NCBI GenBank assembly: GCA_035549955.1
Contig: DASZPS010000071.1
Location: 2,840 to 66,839 of the forward strand
Origin: Lacunisphaera sp.
GTDB taxonomy: Bacteria > Verrucomicrobiota > Verrucomicrobiia > Opitutales > Opitutaceae
Reading direction: 5' to 3'
DNA: 64,000 nt
Position numbers and translations under genes: made by a program. Numbering within the stretch: the stretch's first letter is position 1; each line of letters starts with the position of its first letter. Below, piece after piece: positions 31,612 through 39,783 of this stretch. The notes under the pieces were generated by a model, which was given only the letters and a program-made list of their open reading frames with translations, made no database searches and was not told where the DNA came from.

Positions 31612-34600
31612 CTACACCAACGCATCGAACAGGATTTCCACCGGATGCAGCGCCATGCGCCCCGTGCCGTCCTTGATTTGGTGGCGGCAGCTGGTGCCCG
31701 GGGCGGCGACGAGCACGCCGGGCGGCGCCGACCGGACGGCGGGAAAGAGGACGAGCTCGCCGATTTGCTGCGAGACGTCGAAATGCTCGGCTTCGTAGCC
31801 GAAGGAACCCGCCATGCCGCAGCAGCCGCTGGGGATGATCGATACCTTGTAGCCGGCGGGCAATTCGAGCATGCGCACGGTGGGGGCGAGGGAGGCCAGC
31901 GCCTTCTGGTGACAGTGGCCGTGGAGGCGGATCGGCTGGTCGCCGGCGCGAAACGAGGCGGACGTTATCCGCCCGGTCTCGGCCTCGCGGGCGATGAACT
32001 CGTCGATCAACAGCGCATTTTTCGCGAGCGCGCGGGCGGCGGACTTGAGTTCCGCCGGCACCAGGTCGGGGTATTCGTCGCGGAAACCCAGGATGGCCGA
32101 CGGCTCGAGCCCGATGAGCGGGGCCTCGGCCGTGATGACATCTTTGAGCAGCTCGACGTTACGAATGGCCAGCGCCCGCGCCTCGCGCACGAGCCCCTTG
32201 GAAAGGTGCGCGCGGCCGCTTTCGACGTGATCCGGGATGACCACCTCGTACCCGAGCCGGCGGAGGAGTTGCACAGCCTTGATGCCAATCGCGGCATCGG
32301 TGGTGTCGGTGAATTCGTCGCAGAAGAGATGGACGCGGCGGGGGAAGGGGGTGCGGCCTTTCAATGCAAGGTCGTCGCTTGAGACGACCTTGTTCGCGAC
32401 CGCTTTGCCGTTCGAGCGTGAGGTCGTCGCAAGCGACGACCCTACATGGGCATGTTCGGCGTACCAGGCACGCAGGGTGGTCGCCGGCAGCGCCGGCAGG
32501 CTGCGGCGGCGGTCGAAGCCGGCGAAATCCTTGATCCAGCGCGAGACGTCGGGCGCGGCGACAATCCAGTTGTAGATCGCCGGGGCCAGGGTCGCCAGGC
32601 GCATCGACCGGCTGTAGCCGGCGACAATCCGCGAGCGGAGCGGCACGCCGTGGGCGTCGTGGTAGTGCTGTTGCCATTCCGCCTTGAGCCGGGCGACGTC
32701 GACGTTCGCGGGGCACTCGGATTTGCAGCCTTTGCACGAGAGGCAGAGGTCCATGACCTCGGCGATTTCGGCACTGTCCCAGGGATTGGTGACATCACGC
32801 GGGTGGGTCAGCACCTGGCGCAGCAGGTTGGCCCGGCCGCGGGTCGAGTCCGCCTCGTTGCGGGTGGCCATGTAACTTGGGCACATGGTGCCGCCCATGA
32901 GGTGGGACTTGCGGCAATCGCCGCTGCCCACGCATTTTTCCGCCGCCCGCAACACGCCCTGGTTGGCGCTGAAGTCGAAAAAGGTGGCGTAGTCGGGCGT
33001 CGGTTTGTCCGGGCCGTGGCGCAACGAGGTGTCCATCGGCGGGGTGTCCATGATCTTGCCCGGATTCAACACGCCCTGCGGATCGAACGTTTCCTTGATC
33101 CGCCGCATCAGCGCGTAGCATTCGTCGCCGACCATGAAGCGGATGAACTCGCCGCGCAGCCGGCCGTCGCCGTGCTCGCCGGAGAGCGAGCCGCGGTATT
33201 TCTTCACCAGCGCGGCGACGTCGGTGGCGATGGCCCGGAACATCCGCAGGCCGTCCGGCGACTTCAGGTTGAAGAAGGGCCGGGTGTGCAGTTCCCCGGC
33301 GCCCGCGTGGGCGTAGTAGGTGCACTCGACCCCGTACTTGCCGCGCATCAGCGCGTCGAACTCCGCGATATAGGCCGGCAGGTCCTCGACGGCCACGGCG
33401 GTGTCCTCGACGATTTCGCGCGGCTTGGCGTCACCCTCGACATTGCTGAGCACGCCCTGGCCGGTGCGGCGCAGGTCCCACACCCGGTTGCAGTCGTCGC
33501 CCCACACCACGGGAAAGGCGTAGCCCGGCTTCACCGCGTCTCGTCCCGGGCCAATGTTCGTGGTACGAACATTGCGCAGGTCTGCTTCCAGGTGGCGCAT
33601 GACGGTCTCGATCCCGGCGCGAGTGTCGCGGCGGATTTCGATCACGAGGACGGCGCCGGGGTCGCCCTGGACGAAGAAGCGGTTTTTCGCCTGCTCGAGG
33701 TTGGCCTTGGTGCATTCGAGCAGCACGCGGTCGATCAGTTCGCAGCCGTGCGGCCGGTGGCGCAGGGCAACCAGCGTGGCGTGGAGCGCGTCATTGACGC
33801 TGGCGAAATGAGCGCACATCAGCGCCCCGGGCGGGGGCAGGGGCTCGACGTTGAGCTCGAACTCGACCCCGACGAACAGCGTGCCCTCCGAACCGGCGAT
33901 GAGCCGGCAGAGGTTGAAGGGCTGCGCGGACGCCGGGTCGAAAACGCTGCATTCCATCAGTTGGTCGAGGGCGTAGCCGGTGTTGCGCCGGGTGACGGTG
34001 GGCTTGGGGTAGTGCGTGCGGATGAGCTCGCGATTGCCGGCGTCGCCGAGCAGGTCGCGGACGGTGCGGTAGATCCGGGTTTCCAGCGTGTCCGGCCCGG
34101 CGCACTTGGCCGCAAACTCCGCCGGGGTGAGGGGGCCAAAGGTCGCGGTGGAGCCGTCGCTCAGGAACCCCCGGGCCGACACCAGGTGTTCGCGGGTGGT
34201 GCCATACACGATCGAATTGGCGCCGCAGGAGTTGTTGCCAACCATGCCGCCGATCATCGCCCGCGTGGCGGTGGCGGTCTCGGGGGGAAAAAAGACGCCA
34301 TGGGGCCGGAGATGGAGGTTAAGCTCATTCCGGACAATCCCCGGTTGGACGAACACGCGTCGGGCGACCGCATCGTACCGGAGGACGCGATTCAGGTGCC
34401 GGCCGAGGTCCACGACCATCCCGGAGCCGACAACCTGGCCGGCGAGCGAGGTGCCCGCGGCGCGCGGGATGAACCCGATGCGGTGCCGGTGGGCGAAGGC
34501 GACGAGCTCGCGCACATCGGCGTCGGAGCGAGGCAGGGCCACGGCCAGCGGCATTTCCTGGTACTCGGACGCGTCGGTGGCGTAGAGCGCGCGCATAGTC

Positions 34601-34668
34601 CGCCCGGTGTGCAGCTCGCCCTGCAACCTAGCAGCGAGGGCGGGGAAGTCGGGGGAAGCGGCGCTCAT
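31612..34668 (-). CDS. ydiJ: FAD-linked oxidase fused to 4Fe-4S and CCG (GlcD+GlcF-like) domains; YdiJ-like 2-hydroxyacid dehydrogenase
   Basis: 1018 aa. It has an N-terminal FAD_binding_4 domain (IPRAAGTSLAGQ), an FAD-oxidase C domain (GEHGDGRLR), ferredoxin-type Cys motifs (CVGSGDCRKS..., CLSCKGCKSECP) and a C-terminal CCG domain (PSGCCGMAG). The size and order match E. coli YdiJ as I recall it. A REP-like insert lies at 32365-32446. Confidence 0.75.
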   Translation of the reverse strand: MSAASPDFPALAARLQGELHTGRTMRALYATDASEYQEMPLAVALPRSDADVRELVAFAHRHRIGFIPRAAGTSLAGQVVGSGMVVDLGRHLNRVLRYDAVARRVFVQPGIVRNELNLHLRPHGVFFPPETATATRAMIGGMVGNNSCGANSIVYGTTREHLVSARGFLSDGSTATFGPLTPAEFAAKCAGPDTLETRIYRTVRDLLGDAGNRELIRTHYPKPTVTRRNTGYALDQLMECSVFDPASAQPFNLCRLIAGSEGTLFVGVEFELNVEPLPPPGALMCAHFASVNDALHATLVALRHRPHGCELIDRVLLECTKANLEQAKNRFFVQGDPGAVLVIEIRRDTRAGIETVMRHLEADLRNVRTTNIGPGRDAVKPGYAFPVVWGDDCNRVWDLRRTGQGVLSNVEGDAKPREIVEDTAVAVEDLPAYIAEFDALMRGKYGVECTYYAHAGAGELHTRPFFNLKSPDGLRMFRAIATDVAALVKKYRGSLSGEHGDGRLRGEFIRFMVGDECYALMRRIKETFDPQGVLNPGKIMDTPPMDTSLRHGPDKPTPDYATFFDFSANQGVLRAAEKCVGSGDCRKSHLMGGTMCPSYMATRNEADSTRGRANLLRQVLTHPRDVTNPWDSAEIAEVMDLCLSCKGCKSECPANVDVARLKAEWQQHYHDAHGVPLRSRIVAGYSRSMRLATLAPAIYNWIVAAPDVSRWIKDFAGFDRRRSLPALPATTLRAWYAEHAHVGSSLATTSRSNGKAVANKVVSSDDLALKGRTPFPRRVHLFCDEFTDTTDAAIGIKAVQLLRRLGYEVVIPDHVESGRAHLSKGLVREARALAIRNVELLKDVITAEAPLIGLEPSAILGFRDEYPDLVPAELKSAARALAKNALLIDEFIAREAETGRITSASFRAGDQPIRLHGHCHQKALASLAPTVRMLELPAGYKVSIIPSGCCGMAGSFGYEAEHFDVSQQIGELVLFPAVRSAPPGVLVAAPGTSCRHQIKDGTGRMALHPVEILFDALV
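32365..32446. repeat. REP-like hairpin-pair element (family R variant) inside the ydiJ-like reading frame
   Basis: AAGGTCGTCGC-ttga-GACGACCTT ... GAGGTCGTCGC-aa-GCGACGACCCTACA. It is translated on the minus strand as ~VGSSLATTSRSNGKAVANKVVSSDDLALKG, in the linker before the CCG domain. Confidence 0.75.
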
Positions 34669-34974
34669 GGCGGGCAGAATGGTGGATCGATGGCGGCTTT
34701 GGCGAGTCAGTGGTATCCAAAACTGCAGAGGCCGAGCTTGCTCGGTCCAGGGGCCTTACCAAAGCCATCCGCAGCGACGTCCGGTCACATTCAAGGCATG
34801 GGAAACGGCCTGGCCCGCTGGCAGAGCCCGCACACATCTACGCCTCGGGCTTCCATGGAAAATCAGGCAGGGTCGAATATGGTCAATGGCGGTCATCATT
34901 ATCGGCTGGCCGAGCGGGTGGGCTGGGGCGGAAGATAACGACGGCCGATCCTTCAACCCCGGCCCCTTACCCCG

Positions 34975-36936
34975 ATGAAGATCATATCCTCGTTCCTGGC
35001 TCTGATGGTTATTTCCGTTTCTGCCGCGGCGCAGCTGGCCGCGGTCGGGAGCGAACTGCGCCTGGCCTCGCCCAACGGCGTCGTCGTGGTCGACGTCCAC
35101 CTGGGCGACCGGCTCCGCTATGACCTCACCGTGGACGGCACCCCGGTCCTCAAGGACTCGACCCTGGCGCTGACGATCGACGGCACCGTCCTGGGCCGGG
35201 CCCCGCGTCTGAAAGCGGCGACGCCTTCGATGCATGACGGGCTGCTCAAGCCGGTGGTGCGACAGAAAGCGGCCGAGCTCCGCGACCACTACCAAGAACT
35301 GCGGCTCGACTTCGAGGGGGGCTATGCGGTGGTTTTCCGCGCTTACAACGAGGGCGCGGCCTACCGTTGGGAGACGTCGCTGGCGGCCGCCAAGGTGAAG
35401 GTGAACAGCGAGGAGGTGGGGCTGAAGTTTGCCGACAATTTCACCACCTACTTTGCCGAGGAGAAGGGATTCTATTCGCACAATGAGGAGCATTTCCTGC
35501 CCCGGGCGCTCGGCGACCTGGCGCCGAAGCAGCTGGCGAGCACCCCGGTGATCATCGACACGCGGCCCGTGAAGCTGGCCCTCGCCGACTCCGACGTCGT
35601 CGACTACCCGGGGTTGTGGTGGCAGGGCACTTCCGGCTCCGGACTGACCGGGACCTTTCCGCCGTACCCGCTGGCGGAGGAGCTCACCGGCGACCGCGAC
35701 TTCCGCGTGACCAAGGCCGCCGATTACATCGCGGTCACCCAAGGTACCCGCACCTACCCGTGGCGGTTGTTTGGCGTCGCCGCCAAGGATGGGGACCTCG
35801 TCACCAACCCGCTGGTCTACCTGCTGGCCCGCCCTACGACCCTCGCGGACACAGCCTGGATCAAACCAGGCAAGGTGGCGTGGGACTGGTGGAACGCGAA
35901 CAACCTGGGCGGCGTGGACTTCAAGGCCGGGGTCAACACGGAGACGTACAAATACTTCATCGATTTCGCCGCCCAGCACGGGATCGAGTATGTCGTGCTC
36001 GACGAGGGTTGGTATGTGCTCGGCGACCTGCTGAAGCAGGCGTCCGGCATGGACGTGCCCGCGATCATCGAACATGGTAAGAAAAAGAACGTCGGCGTGA
36101 TCCTCTGGGTGGTGTGGAAGACGCTCGACGACCAGCTGCAGCCGGCGCTTGACCTGTTCGCGCGCTGGGGCGTGAAGGGCATCAAGGTGGATTTCATGCA
36201 GCGCGACGACCAGAAGGTGATGGATTTCTACCACCGCATCTCGGCCGAGGCCGCGCAACGGCACATGCTGGTGGATTTCCACGGCTCGAGCCGGCCGGCG
36301 ATCCTCACCCGCACCTGGCCCAACCTGATCTCGACCGAGGGTGTGCGCGGCAACGAGTGGAACAAGTGGAGCGCAGCCATCACGCCCGGACACACGCTGA
36401 TGCTGCCGTTCACCCGGCAGTTCCTTGGGCCGATGGATTTCACGCCCGGGGCGATGTTGAACGCGACGCGGAGCGGCTTTGCCAGGAATTTCGACAATCC
36501 CATGAGCCAGGGCACGCGTTGCCACCAGCTCGCCATGTATGTCGTTTACGAGAGCCCGCTGCAGATGCTCTGTGATTCGCCGACCAACTACCTGCGCGAA
36601 CCGGAATGCCTGGCGTTTCTCTCCCCGGTCCCGACGGTGTGGGACGAGACCCGGGCGCTGGACTCGCGCATCGGGGAATATGTCGCCGTGGCCCGCCGCA
36701 GCGGGGTGGAGTGGTATGTCGGGGCGATGACCGACTGGACGCCCCGCGAGCTGACGATCGATTTTTCCTTCCTGCCGGTGGGTGAATTCCAACTGGAGGA
36801 ATACCGCGATGGCGTGAATGCCGACCGCCGGGCCGGCGACTACAAGCGCTCGGTCCAGACCGTCACCCGGGCCACCAAGCTGAAGGTCCGCCTGGCCGAA
36901 GGTGGCGGCTGGGCCGGCCGCCTGCGGCGGCACTGA
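34975..36936 (+). CDS. Glycoside hydrolase family 97 (alpha-glucosidase/alpha-galactosidase, SusB-like)
   Basis: It has a signal peptide. GH97 blocks are present (WIKPGKVAWDWWN, GIEYVVLDEGWY, GIKVDFMQRDDQ, LVDFHGSSRP, TEGVRGNEW). Confidence 0.88.
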   Translation: MKIISSFLALMVISVSAAAQLAAVGSELRLASPNGVVVVDVHLGDRLRYDLTVDGTPVLKDSTLALTIDGTVLGRAPRLKAATPSMHDGLLKPVVRQKAAELRDHYQELRLDFEGGYAVVFRAYNEGAAYRWETSLAAAKVKVNSEEVGLKFADNFTTYFAEEKGFYSHNEEHFLPRALGDLAPKQLASTPVIIDTRPVKLALADSDVVDYPGLWWQGTSGSGLTGTFPPYPLAEELTGDRDFRVTKAADYIAVTQGTRTYPWRLFGVAAKDGDLVTNPLVYLLARPTTLADTAWIKPGKVAWDWWNANNLGGVDFKAGVNTETYKYFIDFAAQHGIEYVVLDEGWYVLGDLLKQASGMDVPAIIEHGKKKNVGVILWVVWKTLDDQLQPALDLFARWGVKGIKVDFMQRDDQKVMDFYHRISAEAAQRHMLVDFHGSSRPAILTRTWPNLISTEGVRGNEWNKWSAAITPGHTLMLPFTRQFLGPMDFTPGAMLNATRSGFARNFDNPMSQGTRCHQLAMYVVYESPLQMLCDSPTNYLREPECLAFLSPVPTVWDETRALDSRIGEYVAVARRSGVEWYVGAMTDWTPRELTIDFSFLPVGEFQLEEYRDGVNADRRAGDYKRSVQTVTRATKLKVRLAEGGGWAGRLRRH

Positions 36937-36965
36937 GTCCGTTTGACCGTTCGCAATGGTTTGAA

Positions 36966-37025
36966 GGTAGGGTCGGCCCAAGGGCCGACCTCGCGTGTCA
37001 GGTCAGCGCAGGCGCCGGTCCTGTA
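36966..37025. repeat. REP-like hairpin-pair element (family R, degenerate right half)
   Basis: GGTAGGGTCGGCCC-aa-GGGCCGACC tcgcgtgtca GGTCAGCGC-a-GGCGCCGGTCCTGTA. Confidence 0.6.
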
Positions 37026-37086
37026 TGGGAGGCAAATGGACCCACAACCAACCGGCCAGAACAGGCTTGGTAATTGAAAGGCGGCA

Positions 37087-37099
37087 TTTATGACATAAA
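37087..37099. promoter_or_regulatory. Perfect palindrome TTTATG-A-CATAAA immediately upstream of the 37109 ATG
   Basis: This AT-rich 13-mer ends 9 nt before the start codon and lies next to AAGGAAA. Confidence 0.3.
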
Positions 37100-37108
37100 G
37101 GAAATCCC

Positions 37109-38500
37109 ATGGCTTCCCTGCAATCACCGGACAATTTCAACTGGCCGCTCGCCTACGAGGCCGAGGCGCTGCTCTCGAAGCACATCAACGCGTTCCTGCA
37201 GAGGAATCCCCTCGCCGCGAAGCTGGCGCAGCGGATGCACGACGAGACCGGCACGGAGTTCTTCGAGTGGGTGGACCACTTTGTCGTTTCCACCGGCCAC
37301 GAGGTGGCGTTGCGGGCGGCGGGGTTCGTCCTGCAGGCGGCCGACGCCCCGGCGGGCCAGGCGGTTTTCGCGCACCCGCACGCGATGCTGCCGCGCGTAA
37401 TCGTGGACAAGAAGGCGGATCCGTCGAAGGCACCGCGGTCGCTGGCAATCCGACCGGAATTCCTGGCCGATTTCATGGCCCGGCACGGCCTCACGGGCGA
37501 ACCGGCCGGCGCCCCCTGCGCCCGGTACCGGGTCCTCCGCATCAATGAGGTGAACGACACCGTGTTCGAGGCCGTCGAGCGGCTCGGTTATCGCGGGTTT
37601 GTGGTCCGGGAGCCGACGCCCGGCTTTGCCGCGGCGGTGCTGAAAGTGCGCGAGCTGTGGCGGGCGCGGAAACGCAATTTCCTGAATGACGACGAGGGCG
37701 TGAAGCAGGCGTTTGAAGTCCTGCGGAAATGCGTCGACCTCGTCGGCCGGGACGTGGCCTGCGAGTTGTTCTTTGCCGAGGAGCGTGAGTTCTGGATGTT
37801 CCGCAACCGCGCCGGCCGCGTGCAGAAGCGCCGCCAGGACCAGCTTGGTCTTGGCTGGGCAAACCACGATCACCATACCTACCGCTGCTCGCGGCGGTAT
37901 TTCCCCGACCTGGTGCGGTTCATGGAGATATTGGGATTGGAGAAGCGCGAGCGATTCTACGCCGGCGCCGAGGCGGGCTGGGGCGCGCAGGTGATGGAGA
38001 CCGCGGACGTGGGCATCGTGGTCTTTGCCGACGTGGACCTGCTGCCGGACGAGGTGGACGGCGATTATGCCGCCCAGCGCCTGCCCGAAATCCCGGCGGC
38101 CCGCACGGTCGGGCTGTGGTGCGGGTTGCACGGCGACAGCTTCCTGCAGGCGGGCATGCACCACCTCGAAGCGCGATTCAACCATCCGCTGCTCAAGGAA
38201 CAGCTCGCCGCCGAGGGCATCACGACGATGAAGCCGTTCTCGGATTTTCCCTTCCTGAAGCAGGCCTTCACCGAGGGCGAGCGCTGGGCGGTGGATCCGC
38301 ACCGCGCGGCGGCGCTGCAGGCGAAGGGCATCATCACTGCGGTGCAGGCCGCGAGCTTCGTCAAGGACGGCGCCATCGGCAGCCACTTGGAGAACCTCGA
38401 GCGCAAGGGTGGTTTCAAGGGTTTCAACCAGAAGGCCGTCAGCGTCATCATCGCCGCGACCGACCCGCGCAAAATGCAGGAAGCAGCGCACGCGCAATAA
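37109..38500 (+). CDS. Conserved hypothetical protein (possible VOC/DUF1338-like metalloenzyme; assignment tentative)
   Basis: 463 aa with no motif I can assign securely. His/Glu-containing blocks (WANHDHHTYR, AGMHHLEARF, GSHLENLERKGGFKGFN) are compatible with a 2-His-1-Glu fold. It is co-directional with the saccharopine-DH-like and ALDH7 genes. Confidence 0.35.
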   Translation: MASLQSPDNFNWPLAYEAEALLSKHINAFLQRNPLAAKLAQRMHDETGTEFFEWVDHFVVSTGHEVALRAAGFVLQAADAPAGQAVFAHPHAMLPRVIVDKKADPSKAPRSLAIRPEFLADFMARHGLTGEPAGAPCARYRVLRINEVNDTVFEAVERLGYRGFVVREPTPGFAAAVLKVRELWRARKRNFLNDDEGVKQAFEVLRKCVDLVGRDVACELFFAEEREFWMFRNRAGRVQKRRQDQLGLGWANHDHHTYRCSRRYFPDLVRFMEILGLEKRERFYAGAEAGWGAQVMETADVGIVVFADVDLLPDEVDGDYAAQRLPEIPAARTVGLWCGLHGDSFLQAGMHHLEARFNHPLLKEQLAAEGITTMKPFSDFPFLKQAFTEGERWAVDPHRAAALQAKGIITAVQAASFVKDGAIGSHLENLERKGGFKGFNQKAVSVIIAATDPRKMQEAAHAQ

Positions 38501-38540
38501 CCCCAATCGATCCAATCCTTTTACAGCAGGTAACGGAGAT

Positions 38541-38569
38541 AACGAAGAAGGGATCCAGTTCCCTTCGTT
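38541..38569. terminator. Stem-loop AACGAAG(aa)GGGA-tccagt-TCCCTTCGTT in the 37109/38594 spacer
   Basis: The stem is 11 bp with a 2-nt bulge and lies 41 nt after the stop at 38500. Confidence 0.35.
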
Positions 38570-38593
38570 CCCTTCTGTTGAATCCGAGTTAGC

Positions 38594-39670
38594 ATGAAAA
38601 TCGGCATCATCGGCGCCGGCAAGGTCGGCGGCACCATCGCCACTCTCCTCGAGTCCTGCAAATTCTGCCGGAGCGTCGCGCTGGCGGACGCACGCCCGGC
38701 CGTGGACCTCAAGGGCCTGCGCAAAGCCCGCTTCACCCAGGTCGACGTGAAGCAGCCCGCGCAACTGGCCGCGTTCATCAAGGGGCGGGATGCGATCGTG
38801 AGCGCCGCGCCATTTTTCCTCAACCGGGCCATTGCCACGGCGTGCGCCCAGGCCGGCGTCAGCTATTTCGACCTGACGGAGGACGTGGCAACGACGGCGT
38901 TTATCCAGCAGCTCGCGGCGAAGGCGCCGCGGGCCACCTTCATGCCGCAGTGCGGGCTGGCGCCCGGTGCGATCAACATCGTGGGCGGCTCGCTGGCCTC
39001 CTCCCTGCAGCAGGTGCGCAACTGCGAGATGCGCGTGGGTGCGCTGCCGCTCAACGCGAGCAACCAGATGAAGTACTACCTCAGCTGGAGCACCGCCGGG
39101 TTGATCAACGAGTATTGCCAGGTCGGGGAGGCACTCCACGGCGGCAAGTTGGTGACCACCATGCCGCTCGACGGCGTGGAGCGCATCACGATCGATGGCA
39201 CGGAGTACGAAGCCTTCAACACGTCGGGGGGCGTCGCAACGATGTGCCAGACCTTCGCCGGGAAGGTGGGCGACCTGAACTACAAGACGATGCGCTATCC
39301 CGGCCACCGGGACCTGATGAAGTTTCTCCTGCAGGACCTCAACCTGGCGCCGCGGCAGGAACTCGTGACGCAAATCTTCGACCAGGAGGTGCCGCTGACC
39401 GAGTCGGACGTCGTGGTGTTTTATGTCAGTGTCGTCGGCACCGACAACGGCGGCGGCCTCCGGCAGCGCAGCTTCATCAAGAAGATGCACGGCGACACGA
39501 TCCAGGGGCGGAAACTCAACGCCATCCAGCTGACCACGGCCGCCGGGATCACCGGGGTGTTGGAGCTGTTCGCCAAGGGAAAACTCGGCCCGGGCTTTGT
39601 GCGCCAGGAGTCGGTGGCATTGGAGGACTTCCTCGGCACAAAGTGGGGCCGCGCCGTGTACGGTGGATGA
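38594..39670 (+). CDS. Saccharopine dehydrogenase-like NAD(P)-binding oxidoreductase
   Basis: It has a Rossmann N-terminus (MKIGIIGAGKVGG). The Sacchrp_dh layout is present (YFDLTEDV..., CGLAPGAINI, YYLSWSTAGLINEY). Confidence 0.75.
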   Translation: MKIGIIGAGKVGGTIATLLESCKFCRSVALADARPAVDLKGLRKARFTQVDVKQPAQLAAFIKGRDAIVSAAPFFLNRAIATACAQAGVSYFDLTEDVATTAFIQQLAAKAPRATFMPQCGLAPGAINIVGGSLASSLQQVRNCEMRVGALPLNASNQMKYYLSWSTAGLINEYCQVGEALHGGKLVTTMPLDGVERITIDGTEYEAFNTSGGVATMCQTFAGKVGDLNYKTMRYPGHRDLMKFLLQDLNLAPRQELVTQIFDQEVPLTESDVVVFYVSVVGTDNGGGLRQRSFIKKMHGDTIQGRKLNAIQLTTAAGITGVLELFAKGKLGPGFVRQESVALEDFLGTKWGRAVYGG

Positions 39671-39681
39671 AGTTCTTGTTT

Positions 39682-39772
39682 CCGCGCGCAAAGGACGCAA
39701 ATCACGCGAAGGCCGCGAAGGACGCACTCTCAGATCAAACACCTCCGCGACCTTTGCGTCCTTGGCGCGCGG
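39682..39772. other. Long intergenic stem-loop (19-bp stem, 1 mismatch, ~49-nt loop) between the saccharopine-DH-like and ALDH7 genes
   Basis: CCGCGCGCAAAGGACGCAAA (39682-39701) pairs with TTTGCGTCCTTGGCGCGCGG (39753-39772). The loop contains GCGAAGG repeats. Confidence 0.6.
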
Positions 39773-39783
39773 CTCTTTAGCCC

